64,000 nt of DNA from Glaucostegus cemiculus (taxonomy: Eukaryota): the NCBI GenBank assembly GCA_976551045.1, contig CDPCPM010000028.1, positions 5,456,001-5,520,000 on the forward strand, read 5' to 3'. A program made the position numbers and the translations under genes. A model generated the notes under the pieces. The model saw only the letters and a list, made by a program, of their open reading frames with translations, was not told where the DNA came from and ran no database searches. This document shows positions 1 through 11,955 of the stretch, one piece after another; within the stretch, counting starts at the first letter, position 1; each line of letters opens with the position of its first letter.

Positions 1-488
1 AAGCTTCAGCAATCCTTGGACCTCTGTTCCTCAATACTTCCGAGGGCCCTGCCATTCGTTGTGTATTCCTTAGTCATATTGATCCTCCCAAAGTGCATCA
101 CCTCACATTTATCAGGATTAAATTCAATCTGTCATTGCTCTCCCCATCTTACCAAATGATTGCTATCTTCCTGAATCCAAAGACAATCCTCCTCACTATC
201 AGCAGCACCACCAATATCCATGAACTTACGAATCAACCTCTTACATTCACATCCAAATCATTAATGTATAAAACACAGTGAGGCTCCCAGCACCAATCCT
301 TGTGGTAAGCTATTGGTCACGCACTTCCAGTCATAAAAACTACCCTTCACCATTATCCTCTGCATCCTCCAACCAAGCCAGTCTTGGATCCAACCTGCCT
401 TGGATCCCATGGGCTCTAACCTCATGGACTAGTCTCCAATATGGGAGCTTGTCAAAGGCTTTACTGAAGTCCATGCAGACTACAAATT
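1..488 (-). mobile_element. CR1 LINE RT fragment, degenerate
   Basis: ORF 340..558 contains MDFSKAFDKLPYWRLVHEVRAHGIQG; frameshifted. Confidence 0.8.
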
Positions 489-1344
489 GAAGACTGCGCT
501 TTGTGATAACTCTGCAACTGAGGTGTTGTGGTGGCAAGATCTTCAATGATGGTAGCAAGTTTGACTAAACACTCGCACAGTTTCAGTTTTCAGTGGTGAG
601 TTTTTCCAGAGTGAATGAATATATAATTCCCAGTATATTATTTTATGGACCTAGCCCTTTTATCTTCCACCTCAAAATGCACTTATAGGTTGAAACTGAA
701 AGAGAGAAAATTAATTAAAATATAGAGGAAAAGTTATCAGCATGGAAAAAGCATATTAATACAACATAACCACAAGATGGCATTCTTGGAGCCCATGAAG
801 CACTTATTCAAATAAATGTTAGTACAGTAGTATTATGTGTGTCCTCTAGCCAATATTAGCTCTAACATATTATAAAGCTTTTGCTGTAGATGACACACAA
901 AGGAATTCCTCCTTAAATGTGCAATTGTAATTCTTTGCAGAGTTTTATAGATGTTACGAGACTGAATGGAAGTGTACATCACTTAAATTGGCCTTAGTAC
1001 TTCCAGTTGTACAACACTGTGAAATGAGGCTCAATGAGTGACATGGTGGGTTGCTTCCCTTGATAAAATGCACAAGCATATCCACACATTCAAATTACTT
1101 TACTGGAATTGTTAGAAACTTTAGGGTTTTATTGTTATATTAACTGTCTCAAGCACTGGAGACAGTTGGTTGCCACGGTTCTGTCAAGTTATGTTTTTCC
1201 CCGGTTAGTGCAGAGTTTGAACTCTAGCACCCTACTATATGACTGTGTCAAAGTGACATCCTCTGACCTAGTTCAGTCATCTTTCAGCTGGGTCAGAATG
1301 TACAAGCTGGAAACATCTAAAGTGCTATTCTGTCATTGCAACAG

Positions 1345-1655
1345 TAGCAACAACTTGTATTCCTTTAGTACCTTTAACATAGCAAAACACCCCAAGGGAA
1401 TTTACAGGAAAAACTATCCAAGGCAATCTGGCACAGTCCCAAGGAGATGCAAGGACAAAAGATCAAAAGCTTGGATGAAGAGGTAGGTTAAAGAGCATCA
1501 AAAAGGAGGAAGGAGAAACAGAAAGGTGGAAAAGTTTCAGGAGGGAATTCCTGAGCCCAGGGCAGTGAAGAAATTAATTTCAGGAATGATCACGAAAACA
1601 GAATTGGAAAGGTGCAGAAGGTTGTAAGATCTGAAGCAATTACAGAGATAAGGAA
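1345..1655 (-). mobile_element. Old L2-like LINE 3' end
   Basis: Degenerate L2-type terminus: tail acaacttgtattcctttagtacctttaac followed by ggagggaattcc. Confidence 0.5.
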
Positions 1656-2109
1656 TTCCTAAAAAAAATATTTAAAATATGTCCTTTTACATTTGGTCTT
1701 GCCCACATTTGGAGAGTTCCAGTAGGAATTAATTAAAAATCCTGGATTTTTTTTTTTAAAGAAGCCATCATCAGTACTGTAGTACCCTCAATGTAGCAAT
1801 AAAATATTCCCCAGCTTCCTCTTTTACCTTCCAGAGTGATGACATGCCCAAGTCTCAATGGTGCTTTCTTGGATCTTAGAATTCACAATGGAACAAGGCA
1901 TCAAAGCTGTACCGCGCAATATCATCATCGAAACTACAGAACATGAATGGGACCAATTCTCCTTGCACAAATGCAGGCGAATTCTTAAGCTCATATCTTC
2001 CACATGAAGATGGAAAATTGACCCTCTGGTGACATATGTCTCATGTCAGACCAAAGTCCCTGCAGGTAAATAAAGTACTGGAGGCTTTCACGACAACTGT
2101 GATATTACT

Positions 2110-2410
2110 AGATGGTGAGCAGGAGGTGCAGAAGTCTGAAGTCCCACAGTATTCAGGTTCTTGAACTAACCTGCACAACCCGAACCTTACCTCAGCAATG
2201 GAATGCTACGGACCACCTTTTGCACAACTGGAGATTGGTCTCTTTTATTTGCACTAAGGTCTTGTTTTTGCACTGAATTTTTTTTTGTTCTCCCGTCTTG
2301 TATAAGTGATATATAATTTATAATCTGTGTGTTGTTTATATCAACATGCCTGTGATGCAGCTGCAAGTAAGTTTTTCATTGTAACTGTACCTCACCGTAC
2401 TTGGCTTGAC
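2110..2410 (+). mobile_element. Rex1/Babar-like LINE 3' end
   Basis: Remnant of RRYRSLKSH coding followed by the tail tgcctgtgatgcagctgcaagtaagtttttcattg, shared with 2598-2922. Confidence 0.6.
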
Positions 2411-2597
2411 CTGGTTTATAGGTGTCTTGCTGAGGAGAAAATCTACTCTGGCCTATATGTGTCTCCAGAACACAGCAATGTGGTCAATTCTTAACTGCCT
2501 CTGAAAAGCCTCTGCATGCTGGGGATTGGTATATAAAATTGGGAAAGCTGTGTCACAGACTGGTCACACAATAGCCTTACATAATCATACCTTAGAG

Positions 2598-2922
2598 GTC
2601 AAAATCGAGTTTATTGTCATATGCACAAGTACACGTGTGCACAGGTACCATGAAAAACTTACTTGCAGCAGCATCACAGGCATATAACATCATATAAGCA
2701 ACATTCACAAGAAAAACATAAATTATACACAATTTTTACAAGAAAGAACACAATTAGAACAAAAAAAAACCTAGTCCATTTTAGTACAAAGTGATCCAAG
2801 TGGTCCTAGTGTTGCTAAACTGTAGTGATTAGAGTTTTGCTGGTTGGTTCAAGAACCGAATGGTTGAAGGGAAGTAGCTGTTTTTGAACCTGGTGGTGTG
2901 GGACTTCAGGCTTCTGTACCTC
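2598..2922 (-). mobile_element. Rex1/Babar-like LINE 3' end
   Basis: Minus strand encodes RYRSLKSHTTRFKNSYFPSTIRFLN followed by 3' UTR; closely similar to 39973-40184. Confidence 0.8.
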
Positions 2923-3022
2923 AGTGCACTGTTGTAATGAAATGATCTGTAGAGATGTCATGCAAAACAAAGGTTTTCACTGTACATTGGTACATGTGAC
3001 AATAATAAACCAGTTTACCAAT
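2923..3022 (+). mobile_element. Rex1/Babar-like 3' tail
   Basis: Ends ttttcactgtacattggtacatgtgacaataataaacc. Confidence 0.65.
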
Positions 3023-3499
3023 TTAGAATCACACAAGGTAGTACTGATGTGGTATCAAACCTTGTTCTGTCAGCTACAGTCTTCAACCCCTGTCAAAAAC
3101 TCCATTGCTTACCCACTGACGCCATCCTTCCCTTAGTACTCGAAGCTGCAGCAGACTATTTTTAACCTAGGTGCTGCACTTAGATAAAGATAAACTGCAT
3201 AGCCAATGTGTGCATTATCAGTAAGGCTGGCAATTCTGCCCCTGCAACACTGGTCAACTCCATCACTGCTTCTGAGCTTCTGTTACTAGGAGGCTCACCA
3301 AAGCCTTTGCTACTTTAAGATCTGACTATCCAAAACTCTTCTTCATTCTGCCTACTGAGGTTATCGAAACTCTGCTTCAGTTTTATGGTTCACATCAACT
3401 CTAATTCAATCCTCTGATCCTTGCTGACCTGCATTGTGTTTTGTATATGAATTAATATCAGTATATTATTTTCATAACACCATAAGAAGGAGGCCTTTC

Positions 3500-3685
3500 T
3501 CTGCACTTTCTCTGTAGCTGTGATACTTTGTACTGTTACTGTTTTTACCTGTACTACTTCAATGCACTCTGTACTAACTCAATGTAACTGCACTGTGTAA
3601 TGAATTGATCTGTACGACTGGTATGCAGGACAAGATTTTCACTGTACCTCAGTAGAAGTGACAATAATAAACCAATTCCAATACC
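3500..3685 (+). mobile_element. Rex1/Babar-like 3' tail
   Basis: Reverse-complement match to 28145-28600; ends ttttcactgtacctcagtagaagtgacaataataaaccaat. Confidence 0.7.
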
Positions 3686-4008
3686 ATGCAGCCCATCAAG
3701 TCCATGTGACTCAGTGTATTCCTCAGTTTTATTCCTCCATGTTTCCTTGTAACCTATTCTCTCTCATGCCCATCAACATCCACCAATTCTCCAGTCACCA
3801 GTGGTAATTTACAGGAATCAATTAATACACGAGGGCATTTTTGTGGGGGGGGGAGGGGGGGGGGTGGAAGGAAATTGGAGCACCTGGGAAATCCAGGCAG
3901 TCCCAAGGAGAATCCGCAAACTCCACACAGACAACATCCTCGTTCAGAACCGATCCCAGGTTGCTGTAGCTGTGAAGCAGCAGCACTAACCGCTGCACCA
4001 CATTGCCA
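3686..4008 (-). mobile_element. Older V-SINE-like element
   Basis: tRNA-like head (rc ggcaatgtggtgcagcggttagtgctgct) plus V-domain-like ggagcacc...ggaga...caaactccacacagac. Confidence 0.7.
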
Positions 4009-4039
4009 GCCTATTAAAGCAGTGTCTGGATAGTAAAGG

Positions 4040-4355
4040 AATCTTCAAATTGCTTCATGGCCTTATCCCTCCCACCTCCATAAGCTCCTCCAACCCTATA
4101 AACCTCTGAGATATCTGCTCTCCACCAACTCTGGCTTCTTGACCATCCCCAAATATAATTAGTCCCTGATTGACAGCTGTGCCTTCAGCTGTTTCAGCCT
4201 CAAAACTCATGGCTTCCTGCCTATTACTCCCCATCCCTAAACCTATGATGCTTTTGGTCATTTGGCTGAACATCTCCTTTTCTGACTTGGTATCAAATTG
4301 ATAGCAATCACATGAATTGCCTCAAGATGGTGTGATGTGCTATAAACACGGCCAG
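4040..4355 (+). mobile_element. Old L2-like LINE 3' end
   Basis: Remnant of L2 ORF2 C-terminus (FKLLHGLIPPHL...LQPYKP) and UTR. An L2-like RT remnant also lies at about 3180-3440. Confidence 0.55.
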
Positions 4356-5021
4356 TTTCAGCATCATAACTAAAATGTGCTGCAAGATGTTTGTAAAGAG
4401 CTTATTGCTGCTCTACTAGAGTAATCAGAAGGAGATGATTAGTACAAGTAGATGATTAGCAAAAGTTTTAACACACTCTCTCACACACTCAAATCCTAAA
4501 AACATGCACAAACACATGCACCCCTACTGACATATACATAGACACACCCACACATATACAATGGATACAGTATGAGTTGCAGTGTCTGAAGAAGTTGAGT
4601 AAATGCATTCAGTTGCCTAGCTTCATGGGTGCAGTCATCTATTTTGCTCCCCCCTCCCAAACATCATGCTACACTTGAAGACATTCAGCCCCTGCATCAT
4701 CAATATGAGGGTGGGAATGTGAGATGTCTGTCATTCAAAAATGACAGCCAGTCAAAGTCCACTCAGATTTATTGGAGATAAAGTGGTGGTTGACAAACTG
4801 CTGCAGTTAGCTACCTCATTGAATTAGAAATGGTAAAACATTAAACTGAAGGTAACCTTCAGAATGTTGCTGGGTTAAAGCACAAATTAGTATGTTTGTT
4901 GCATAAACAGCCTTGCTTGCTTTTCCTAAATTTCCTGTGTTATTCCACTGAGCAGGTGAGAAGCAGGGTGACTGCACTCATCATTTGAAAAGATCATAGA
5001 TTAAAAGTAGTAAAACTACTT

Positions 5022-5371
5022 ACGAGATGATAAGAGACATAGATCGAGTGGACAGTCAGAGACTTTTTCCCAGGGCGACAATGACTAACATGAGGGGGCA
5101 TAATTTTAAAGTGATTGGAGGAAGGTATAAGGGGGATGTCAGGGGCAAGATTTTTTTTTACACAGAGAGTGACGGGTGCGTGGAACGGCAGAGGTTGTGG
5201 GGGCAGAAACAATAGGGACATTTAACAGACTCTTAGAAAGACAATGAATGATAGAAAAATAGGGAGCTACGTGGGAGGAAAGGGTTAGATAGATCTTAGA
5301 GAAGGATAAAATGTTGGCACAACAATGTGGGCTGAAGGGCCTGTTCTCTACTGTAGTGTTCTAAGTTCTAC
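5022..5371 (+). mobile_element. CR1 LINE 3' end
   Basis: MIRDIDRVDSQRLFPR...RGHNFKVIGGRYKGDVRG; tail gggctgaagggcctgt...gttctaagttcta. Same subfamily as 27303 and 37845. Confidence 0.9.
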
Positions 5372-5394
5372 TTAAAGAATATTCAATAAAGGAA

Positions 5395-5495
5395 AACAAG
5401 TTTCTCCCCAGTTCTGACAAAGGATCACTGACCTAAAATCTTTCCACAGATACTGCTAGACTGGCCGAGTTATTCCAGTATTTCTGTTTTTTGTT
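5395..5495 (+). mobile_element. Penelope-like terminal module, decayed
   Basis: cccagttctgacaaaggatcactgacctaaaa...cacagatactgc...ttccagtatttctgtttt, homologous to 41620-41735. Confidence 0.6.
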
Positions 5496-5538
5496 GAATA
5501 TTAAGGACAGTCTATTTCAGGGCATAGATATGTCACTT

Positions 5539-6215
5539 CCATAGAACCATAGAACAATACAGCACAATACAGGCCCTTTGGCCCACCATGTTGTGCTGAT
5601 CCTTAAACCACACTTAAGACTATCTAACTCTTTCTTCCCATATATTCCCCTATTTTAAATTCCTCTATATGCTTATTCGAACAATCTCTTGAACTTGACC
5701 AACATATCTGCCTCCACTGCCACCCCAGGCAGTGCATTCCATGCACCAACCACTCTCTGGGTGATAAACCTCCCTCTGATATCTCCCCTGAATTTCCCAC
5801 CCATTACTTTAAAGCCATGCCCTCTTCTACTAAGCCTTGGTGCCCTGGGAAAGAGGAACTGGCTGTCTACTCTATCTATTCCTCTTAATATTTTGTATAC
5901 CTCTATCATGTCTCCCCGCCTCCTCTCCAGTGAGTAAAGCCCCCAGCTCCCTTAGTCTCTCCGCATAATCCATACTCTCTAATCCTGGTAATTCTCCTCT
6001 GCACCCTCTCCAATACTACCACATCCTTCCTATGATGAAGCAAACAGAACTGGACACACTACTCCAAGTGTGGTCTCACCAGAGTTTTGTAGAGTTGCAT
6101 CATTACCTTGTAGCTCTTAAACTCGATCCCATGACTTATGTAAGATAACATCCCATAAGCTTTCTTAACTACCCTATCCACCTGTGAGGCAACTTTCAGT
6201 AATCTGTGGATACGA
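5539..6215 (-). mobile_element. CR1 LINE 3' end
   Basis: ORFs 6059..6325 (LKVASQVDRVVKKAYG...LVRPHLE) and 5673..5909; tail catagaaccatagaac. Confidence 0.92.
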
Positions 6216-6797
6216 ACTTTGTTCCATAAAACAAAATATTGACAGTCGCGGGACGTCATAGTGATGCAGCAGTTAGTGATGTAGTAGCTGGATGTGAGAA
6301 TCAACAATATAAATAAAAGATGCAATGCCTATTTTCAAAGTACATATGCCACCAGCTCAAGTGTTCATTCCTTTTAAAGTCTATTTATTTTATGAAACTT
6401 ATCTCTTCACTGTGCAGTTAAATCACAAATGTTCCCAGGTGGTTCAATATTTTAAAGGATTAGGCATGATATGGTAGCAATGAAACCTCAACTTTTCGAA
6501 AAAGAATGACTTTGGATCAGAGTTGAAGGTCCATGTCACAGAAAGCAGATAGTAATGCACCCGTGCCTTGTAATTCATGTCTGAGCAGTCACGCTAAACA
6601 CACATTAGTTTCATGTCAGCAGGTTATCTGAGGTACATTCCATTCCACATTGTTCAATAAGGGCTAGGATGCATTCCTAGGCACGTACCTTTCTGACATT
6701 AGAGTTCCCTGAGATCTGAATCTGAATGAACTGCAATTACCATGGTCTGAATATCTTGTTAAATTCACAAACATTTACCATTGTGCTATACTCCAAA

Positions 6798-6942
6798 ACT
6801 TCTTTCCCAGCTCTGAAGAAGTTTCCCAGACTAAGATGTGAATGTTTTCTCTTTCCACAGATGCTGCCTGACCTGCTGAGTGTTTCTAGCAATTTCTGTT
6901 TCAATGGCAGATTTCCAGCATCTGCAGGTTTTTGATTTTCAC
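6798..6942 (+). mobile_element. Penelope-like terminal module
   Basis: ctctgaagaag...cacagatgctgcctgacctgctgagtgtttctagcaatttctg...gatttccagcatctgcag. Confidence 0.65.
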
Positions 6943-7420
6943 TTGGAACTTGGCAGTGTGGAGATAGTCCCCCTAGAAAATGTCCTGTACCTTTAAATAT
7001 TTTAATAATAGATGTCAGATTAGGCTAGATAGTGCCGACCGGACCATCTGCACACCTTTGTGCATGTCTAGAATAAAACTGCATAAAACCTATTGGAAAT
7101 GTACCCAATAATTTGAATTAATAGAGTAACAAAGAGTTATGATTCCATATATTCCCACTTTCCCTTTACCTGTTCTCTAAACCTTCATTTTTCCATGCCT
7201 TCTTTCCTGTTATATATTTGTATTTAATTTTGCTTGTTGTATCTACTTTCTGCAATTTGTATCATTTATTATGATTCCTCCCACATCTACTTCCTTCAGT
7301 TTCATTCTTCCTAAAAATACTAAGAATAAATAACGGTTGAACTTACTGAACAAACATGGCAGACCCAATTCAATGGACTACAGTGACTTTTTGGAAAAAT
7401 CGATGGTATAGGATTCCTAC

Positions 7421-8260
7421 CTGCCAGTGGTGGTCCCAGAAGTACAGGGCAGCACTCTACAATGGTGACAAGTCCCACAGCACTGGAGAACCTCTTGGCA
7501 CCAACCAGGTCCATCAGAGTTTCAAAAAGAACCGCACTCACCATTCCGAAGGCAAAACCAAAGAAGATTGAATAGACCACTAGGCCTGTATAGTTGCTCG
7601 CCAACGGGCACATGACGTGACAGAAGCCGTTGTAGAAGACAGCAAAACTGAAGAAATATTGGATCTTTGGTCTGACCCATTTGGAGTTTGCAAGCAGCCC
7701 CATGCTGGGCCTTGCAAACATGTCTACAAAAGCTAGAATAGAAAGCAGGAATGCTGCAGAATACTCATCTATTCCCATGTGCTTGGCATAAGGAGTCAAA
7801 AACACAATTGGGGCAAAGAAGCCAAAAAACATTATGACATTGCCTGATAGATAGATCAGAAATCCCCGATGTTTGAAGAGGCTCAGATCTAGTTGCTTAT
7901 TAATTATGTCAAAGACACTTCTCTTTTTCTTCTTTTCCTGCAACAGGCCATCACCCACGTCTTTGCCCTCATCTTTCTTTACAGCAGAAAGCTGGGCATC
8001 TTTCACGGCGGTGGACTTTCTGGGTTGTAATGGCCTCATTAAGGATCCGGCCACACAGCAGTTCAACAGTATGCCGCCCAGGATAAAGAAACTGCATCTC
8101 CAACCGAAGACATTGACCAAGTACTGATTCAAAGGTGCAAAGGTACTCAGGAACACTGGGCTACCAGCCATTGCGATTCCATTAGCAATGGGACGTTTCT
8201 TGTAAAAATACTTCCCAATCATAGTTAAGGCTGGCTGAAGATTGAAAGCCAGTCCGAGAC
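7421..8260 (-). CDS. SLC16A7: MCT2 third coding exon (840 nt)
   Basis: Acceptor ttttttccag|GT CTC GGA; donor GCA G|gtagga. Encodes [24 protein letters not shown]...[20 protein letters not shown]...[12 protein letters not shown]...FVDMFARP...FETLMDLVG...LLGPPLA(G). NLQPAL and [12 protein letters not shown] are MCT2-type, and the TM8 Asp/Arg pair is retained. Confidence 0.95.
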
Positions 8261-9127
8261 CTGGAAAAAATATAAGGAATACAATACATTTGTAAACCTG
8301 TAAACTGGGAACAAAGATCAGTAAAATATGTACTGCTTACATTAAGATATAGAAGAAGGAGTAGACTATTTAGGCCATTATGACTGTTCTGTCATTCAAT
8401 AAGATCACGACTGATCTCTTACCTCAGTGCCACTTTTCTGCACTAATCCCACATCCCTTGATTTACTTACTAACTACAAGCCAAAAGGGATTGGATTGGA
8501 AGTGGAAAGGATACTCTTATGGAGTAGTTACAATGGTCTGGACGTCAGATGTGAAAATGAATTCTTGGTCACTTCTGTTGAACGGGACAAAGTCTGGGAG
8601 GGTTAAATCACATTTTTGGATCTATGTGCAGCAGCTTCAGACTGCCCTGTACATTTTCTGTCTGTCTTTTGGTGAAATGTTCCATTTGTCAGATGAGGGT
8701 TTGATGTGGACTGAATGGTTTAGTGAAAACTTTAAGCATGTCAGGAATACTATTGCCCCAATGAGCTAATATGACCTTTATTCCAGCACTAGCGATCAAT
8801 TCAACATTCTACCCTGTAATGACTAGCTCCTTATACCTTGTGCCTTCTCTTCATTAATTACCAGCCAGCATGCAACTCTTTCACTTACAGCTACGAGTTT
8901 CTCCATGAGCTAAAAATAAGGATTGTAATATTCTTCAGTGAGGACTGTTTGACACTGAATGAGGGATACAAAGGATGTAAGAAAAGAACAGGAAATAGAG
9001 TTGAGGTAGAAGTTATAGAATCATATCATTGTTGAACTGTTATCGCCCCTCAGCCCCATTCCGCTAATCTTTCCCCATAGTTCTGCAAGTTATTCACTCT
9101 CAAATATCTGTCTCTTCTATTTTCTTT

Positions 9128-9462
9128 CTCTCTCCTGCCTTCTAGGAATAGATACAGGAGCTTGAAAGCTCAGATGGCCAGACTTTTCCCCACTGCTATC
9201 AGACTTCTGAAGCGATCACCACCTTCCCATCCCCATCAGGATGATGCCGTCACCAAATCCTTAATTCTACCTCTTCCATTATTGTCACTTTAGCATTTCA
9301 TGTTGCACTACTTCAGATTACAGTACAATGCACCATTCTGTTCTTCTGCACTTGTTGCTGTATTTATGGTTGTGTTTATAATTACCACATATACTGTTTA
9401 CTCTGTGAGCTTCAAGCGAGCAAGGAATTTCATTGGTGTATATGATAATAAACTAAACTAAC
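9128..9462 (+). mobile_element. Rex1/Babar-like LINE 3' end
   Basis: Remnant LLPSRNRYRSLKA...FPTAIRLL; tail ...tgataataaactaaactaa. Confidence 0.65.
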
Positions 9463-9935
9463 TATTAATTCTGTTTTGATTGAATAAATGTGCAGACCAA
9501 CAGGGTTCTTCCTCCTCTGCCTTATATTCACAGGAACAATATTAAAAAAACATCTAATATATTGGCCAATCTATATTTGGTTAACTCTTCCATTAAACCA
9601 TTCTGTATTTTCTCTACCCTACTCAGATTTCATCCTTTAATTTAACTCTCTACTACAATATTATCTTTTGTTCAAAAGCCAATCCCACTTAATCTATTTC
9701 TGTTCCATATATGTTGTCATTTAAGAATGGTTATCATGCTTCGAGTCAAATTTAGGTATTTAGGCAGAAATAGCTTGGTTTTTCTCACAGTCCAGAGCCA
9801 ACATGAACGTTCTCAACTGTAAATATTAATCAAGATGGAGACTGATACTGTTGGTGAAATGCTCTAGCAATCACTCTGGAGAAATACATTAGCATGAATG
9901 AAGCATGTCTTTTGACTAATGATGCCACTACTCAC

Positions 9936-10079
9936 CTGTAATGCAGCCCACACACATAAAAAGCCCAAGAACATTATTGCAAAATGACGCAGCTATCATT
10001 CCAACTGAACATAATAATCCTCCCCCCATCATCACGGGACGGGATCCATACTTGTTTACCAGGACACTGCTTATGGGCC
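9936..10079 (-). CDS. SLC16A7: MCT2 second coding exon (144 nt), not in the ORF track
   Basis: Reverse complement reads tctccctgcag|GG CCC ATA AGC...ATT ACA G|gtgagt and encodes (G)[47 protein letters not shown](G). Phase 1-1, in frame with both neighbouring exons. Confidence 0.95.
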
Positions 10080-10589
10080 CTGCAGGGAGAAAGGAGAAAG
10101 AAGTCACATTCCTTCACAAGAAAAAAAGGTTGTCTGCTGTTCAAAGCCAGTACAAATTATTCACAGTTTTGATGAATATTCAAGAAAATGCAAAATCATA
10201 CATCAAACCAAATGTCTTCAATTATTTTTCACCATGTTCAGTGAAATTGAGCTGGTTGAGTAGCTTTTGAAGCATCAACAGGGGATATATTTAATGTTAT
10301 GTTCTATGTGGAAACCGTTTCAATCATATTAATTGGAGAATTATCCCACTGAAATCAAATCAACTGGATTAATATCCAAAGGCCTAGGCTAGTGATCCAG
10401 TGGTACATGTTTGAAACCCTGTAGCAGTAGGATTTACATTTACTGTGCAGTTCAATTACTTGATTAGACTCTCACTGACTGCCTATTTGATATCATTGTC
10501 AAGGCCAAATGAGAGACACTCTCACCTCTTTCCTGCATCAAATTCTCAATATGCCAGAGACCTGGATGTCAACAGGAACAGGGATAGCT

Positions 10590-11008
10590 CTGGTTCATTT
10601 GGTAGCACACTCAACTCAGGAGCTTGCTAGGAGCTTCAAGTGCCACTGCAGGGGACTTAAACACAAGAATTTAACCAGGCCCTCCAGTGTAACACTGAAT
10701 AAGTGTTGGAGGTGCTGAACTTTAGAGTAGGAAGATAAACCAAGAGCTCCCATTGTTTTTTAGAAGAACACAGAAAGACCACACAAAATTTTTCCAAAGG
10801 ACTATGGGAGGAACATCTGCAGTTGTACAGGCCAATCAGCATTATCTGATCATTGACATTGAACTCTGTGGGAGCTTGCTGTGCACAATTGAAACCTGTG
10901 TCTCCTGCAAAACAATGATGACTTTAAACATCATGGGCTGTTAAGCCCTATGGGGCATTGAGAAAAGGGATGTGAAAAACACCATATACAGTAAATGCAA
11001 TCCTTTCT
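10590..11008 (+). mobile_element. Ancient tRNA-derived SINE, Deu-domain-like (SacSINE1/AmnSINE type)
   Basis: Head ttcaagtgccactgcagg...; body ctgtgggagcttgctgtgcacaaattg; L2-like tail. Related copies lie at 23230, 30295, 32770, 39090, 42250, 42615, 49130 and 54590. Family name is from recall. Confidence 0.55.
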
Positions 11009-11597
11009 ACTTTATGCACTATGCTCTCATTTTTATTGCCATGCCTCATTTCTGGCCAACAAGAAATCATTTTGATTCCCAAGCAGAAAGATGGGTGGAG
11101 AGCTAGCTCTCCTATTTGGGAGCTGTGGTGGATAATGACAGGAGTCAACCATTTATCCCCTGGAGATGATCCTGCCAGTAGATTAGGTGTGATCTGTATA
11201 ATGGTTTCCTTTACCAGACTTTGGTTCATTTAGGCATGTCCCACCCCCCACTCCCAAATAAATGAGAACAACTCAGTGCACATAGTCCCAGTGAGTTTAA
11301 AGTGAAGGAGTTACACTACTGAGAAGAGTCCAGCTCTGAGGATTCGGAGACCAAGAGCCATGTGTGTGCATTGGAAGAACAACAGGAAAATCTTTTTCCC
11401 TGACCTCAGCGGAGAGATTGAACAAAACAGTGTGCGCTCTCTGGCCATTCAGGAAGTTGCGAGGTAATGCTCCCATTTCCGATATATTTACTATTGAGTT
11501 TCATTATTTAAAACCTGGTTCTGTAGTGGCCGAAATCCCATCAGTAGCTCAATCATTCAAAATTAATGCTCATTACAGTGACAATCTAAATACATAT

Positions 11598-11955
11598 ATT
11601 TTTAATTTATTAATTCACAGAATGTGGATATCCCTAGCAATGCTGACATTTGTTGTCCATCCTAATTGCCTTGAACAGAGGAGTCAGTGCGATGTCAGGC
11701 ACATTGGTGGGTCTGGTCTCACCTGTAGCCCAGATGGGTAAGGAGCCAGATTTCCTTCCCTGAATGACAGTGGCGAACAAGTCAAATTTTTAACAACAAT
11801 CCAATCTTTTCATAGATATTGTTGCTGAAACTAACTTTTCCAAGTTCCCAGATCGATTTAGTTGTTGCTGCCATGGTGATATTTGAACTCATGTCTCTAC
11901 ATCAACAATCTCTAACTCTGACTGTTTGTCCAGTAAAGTGACTATTTCACCACCT
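11598..11955 (-). mobile_element. Ancient SINE with Meta-domain-like core
   Basis: The rc contains cagggaaggaaatctgg...ccttacc...ctgggctacaggtgagaccagacccaccaatgtg and a tail caaggcaattaggatggacaacaaatg. Related pieces at about 2410-2510, 10360-10450, 12310-12640 and 63090-63180. Confidence 0.5.

Noticed and set aside
1835-2065. Plus-strand exon-like segment (polypyrimidine-AG ... CAG|GTAAAT)
   Set aside because: Stops occur in all three frames and there is no partner exon; such signals are common by chance.
7320-7420. ORF read-through past the exon donor giving a novel C-terminus (GRNPIPSIF...IYS*), with AATAAA on the minus strand at 7265-7270
   Set aside because: A canonical donor sits at the conserved SLC16 position and the extension has no MCT similarity. 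The downstream sequence is A-rich rather than GU-rich, so intronic polyadenylation is unsupported without RNA data.
1-7420. Last coding exon of SLC16A7 (TM12 and C-tail)
   Set aside because: No segment resembling G.LVD..G.YKY...NYRL was found by eye; it probably lies left of the window.
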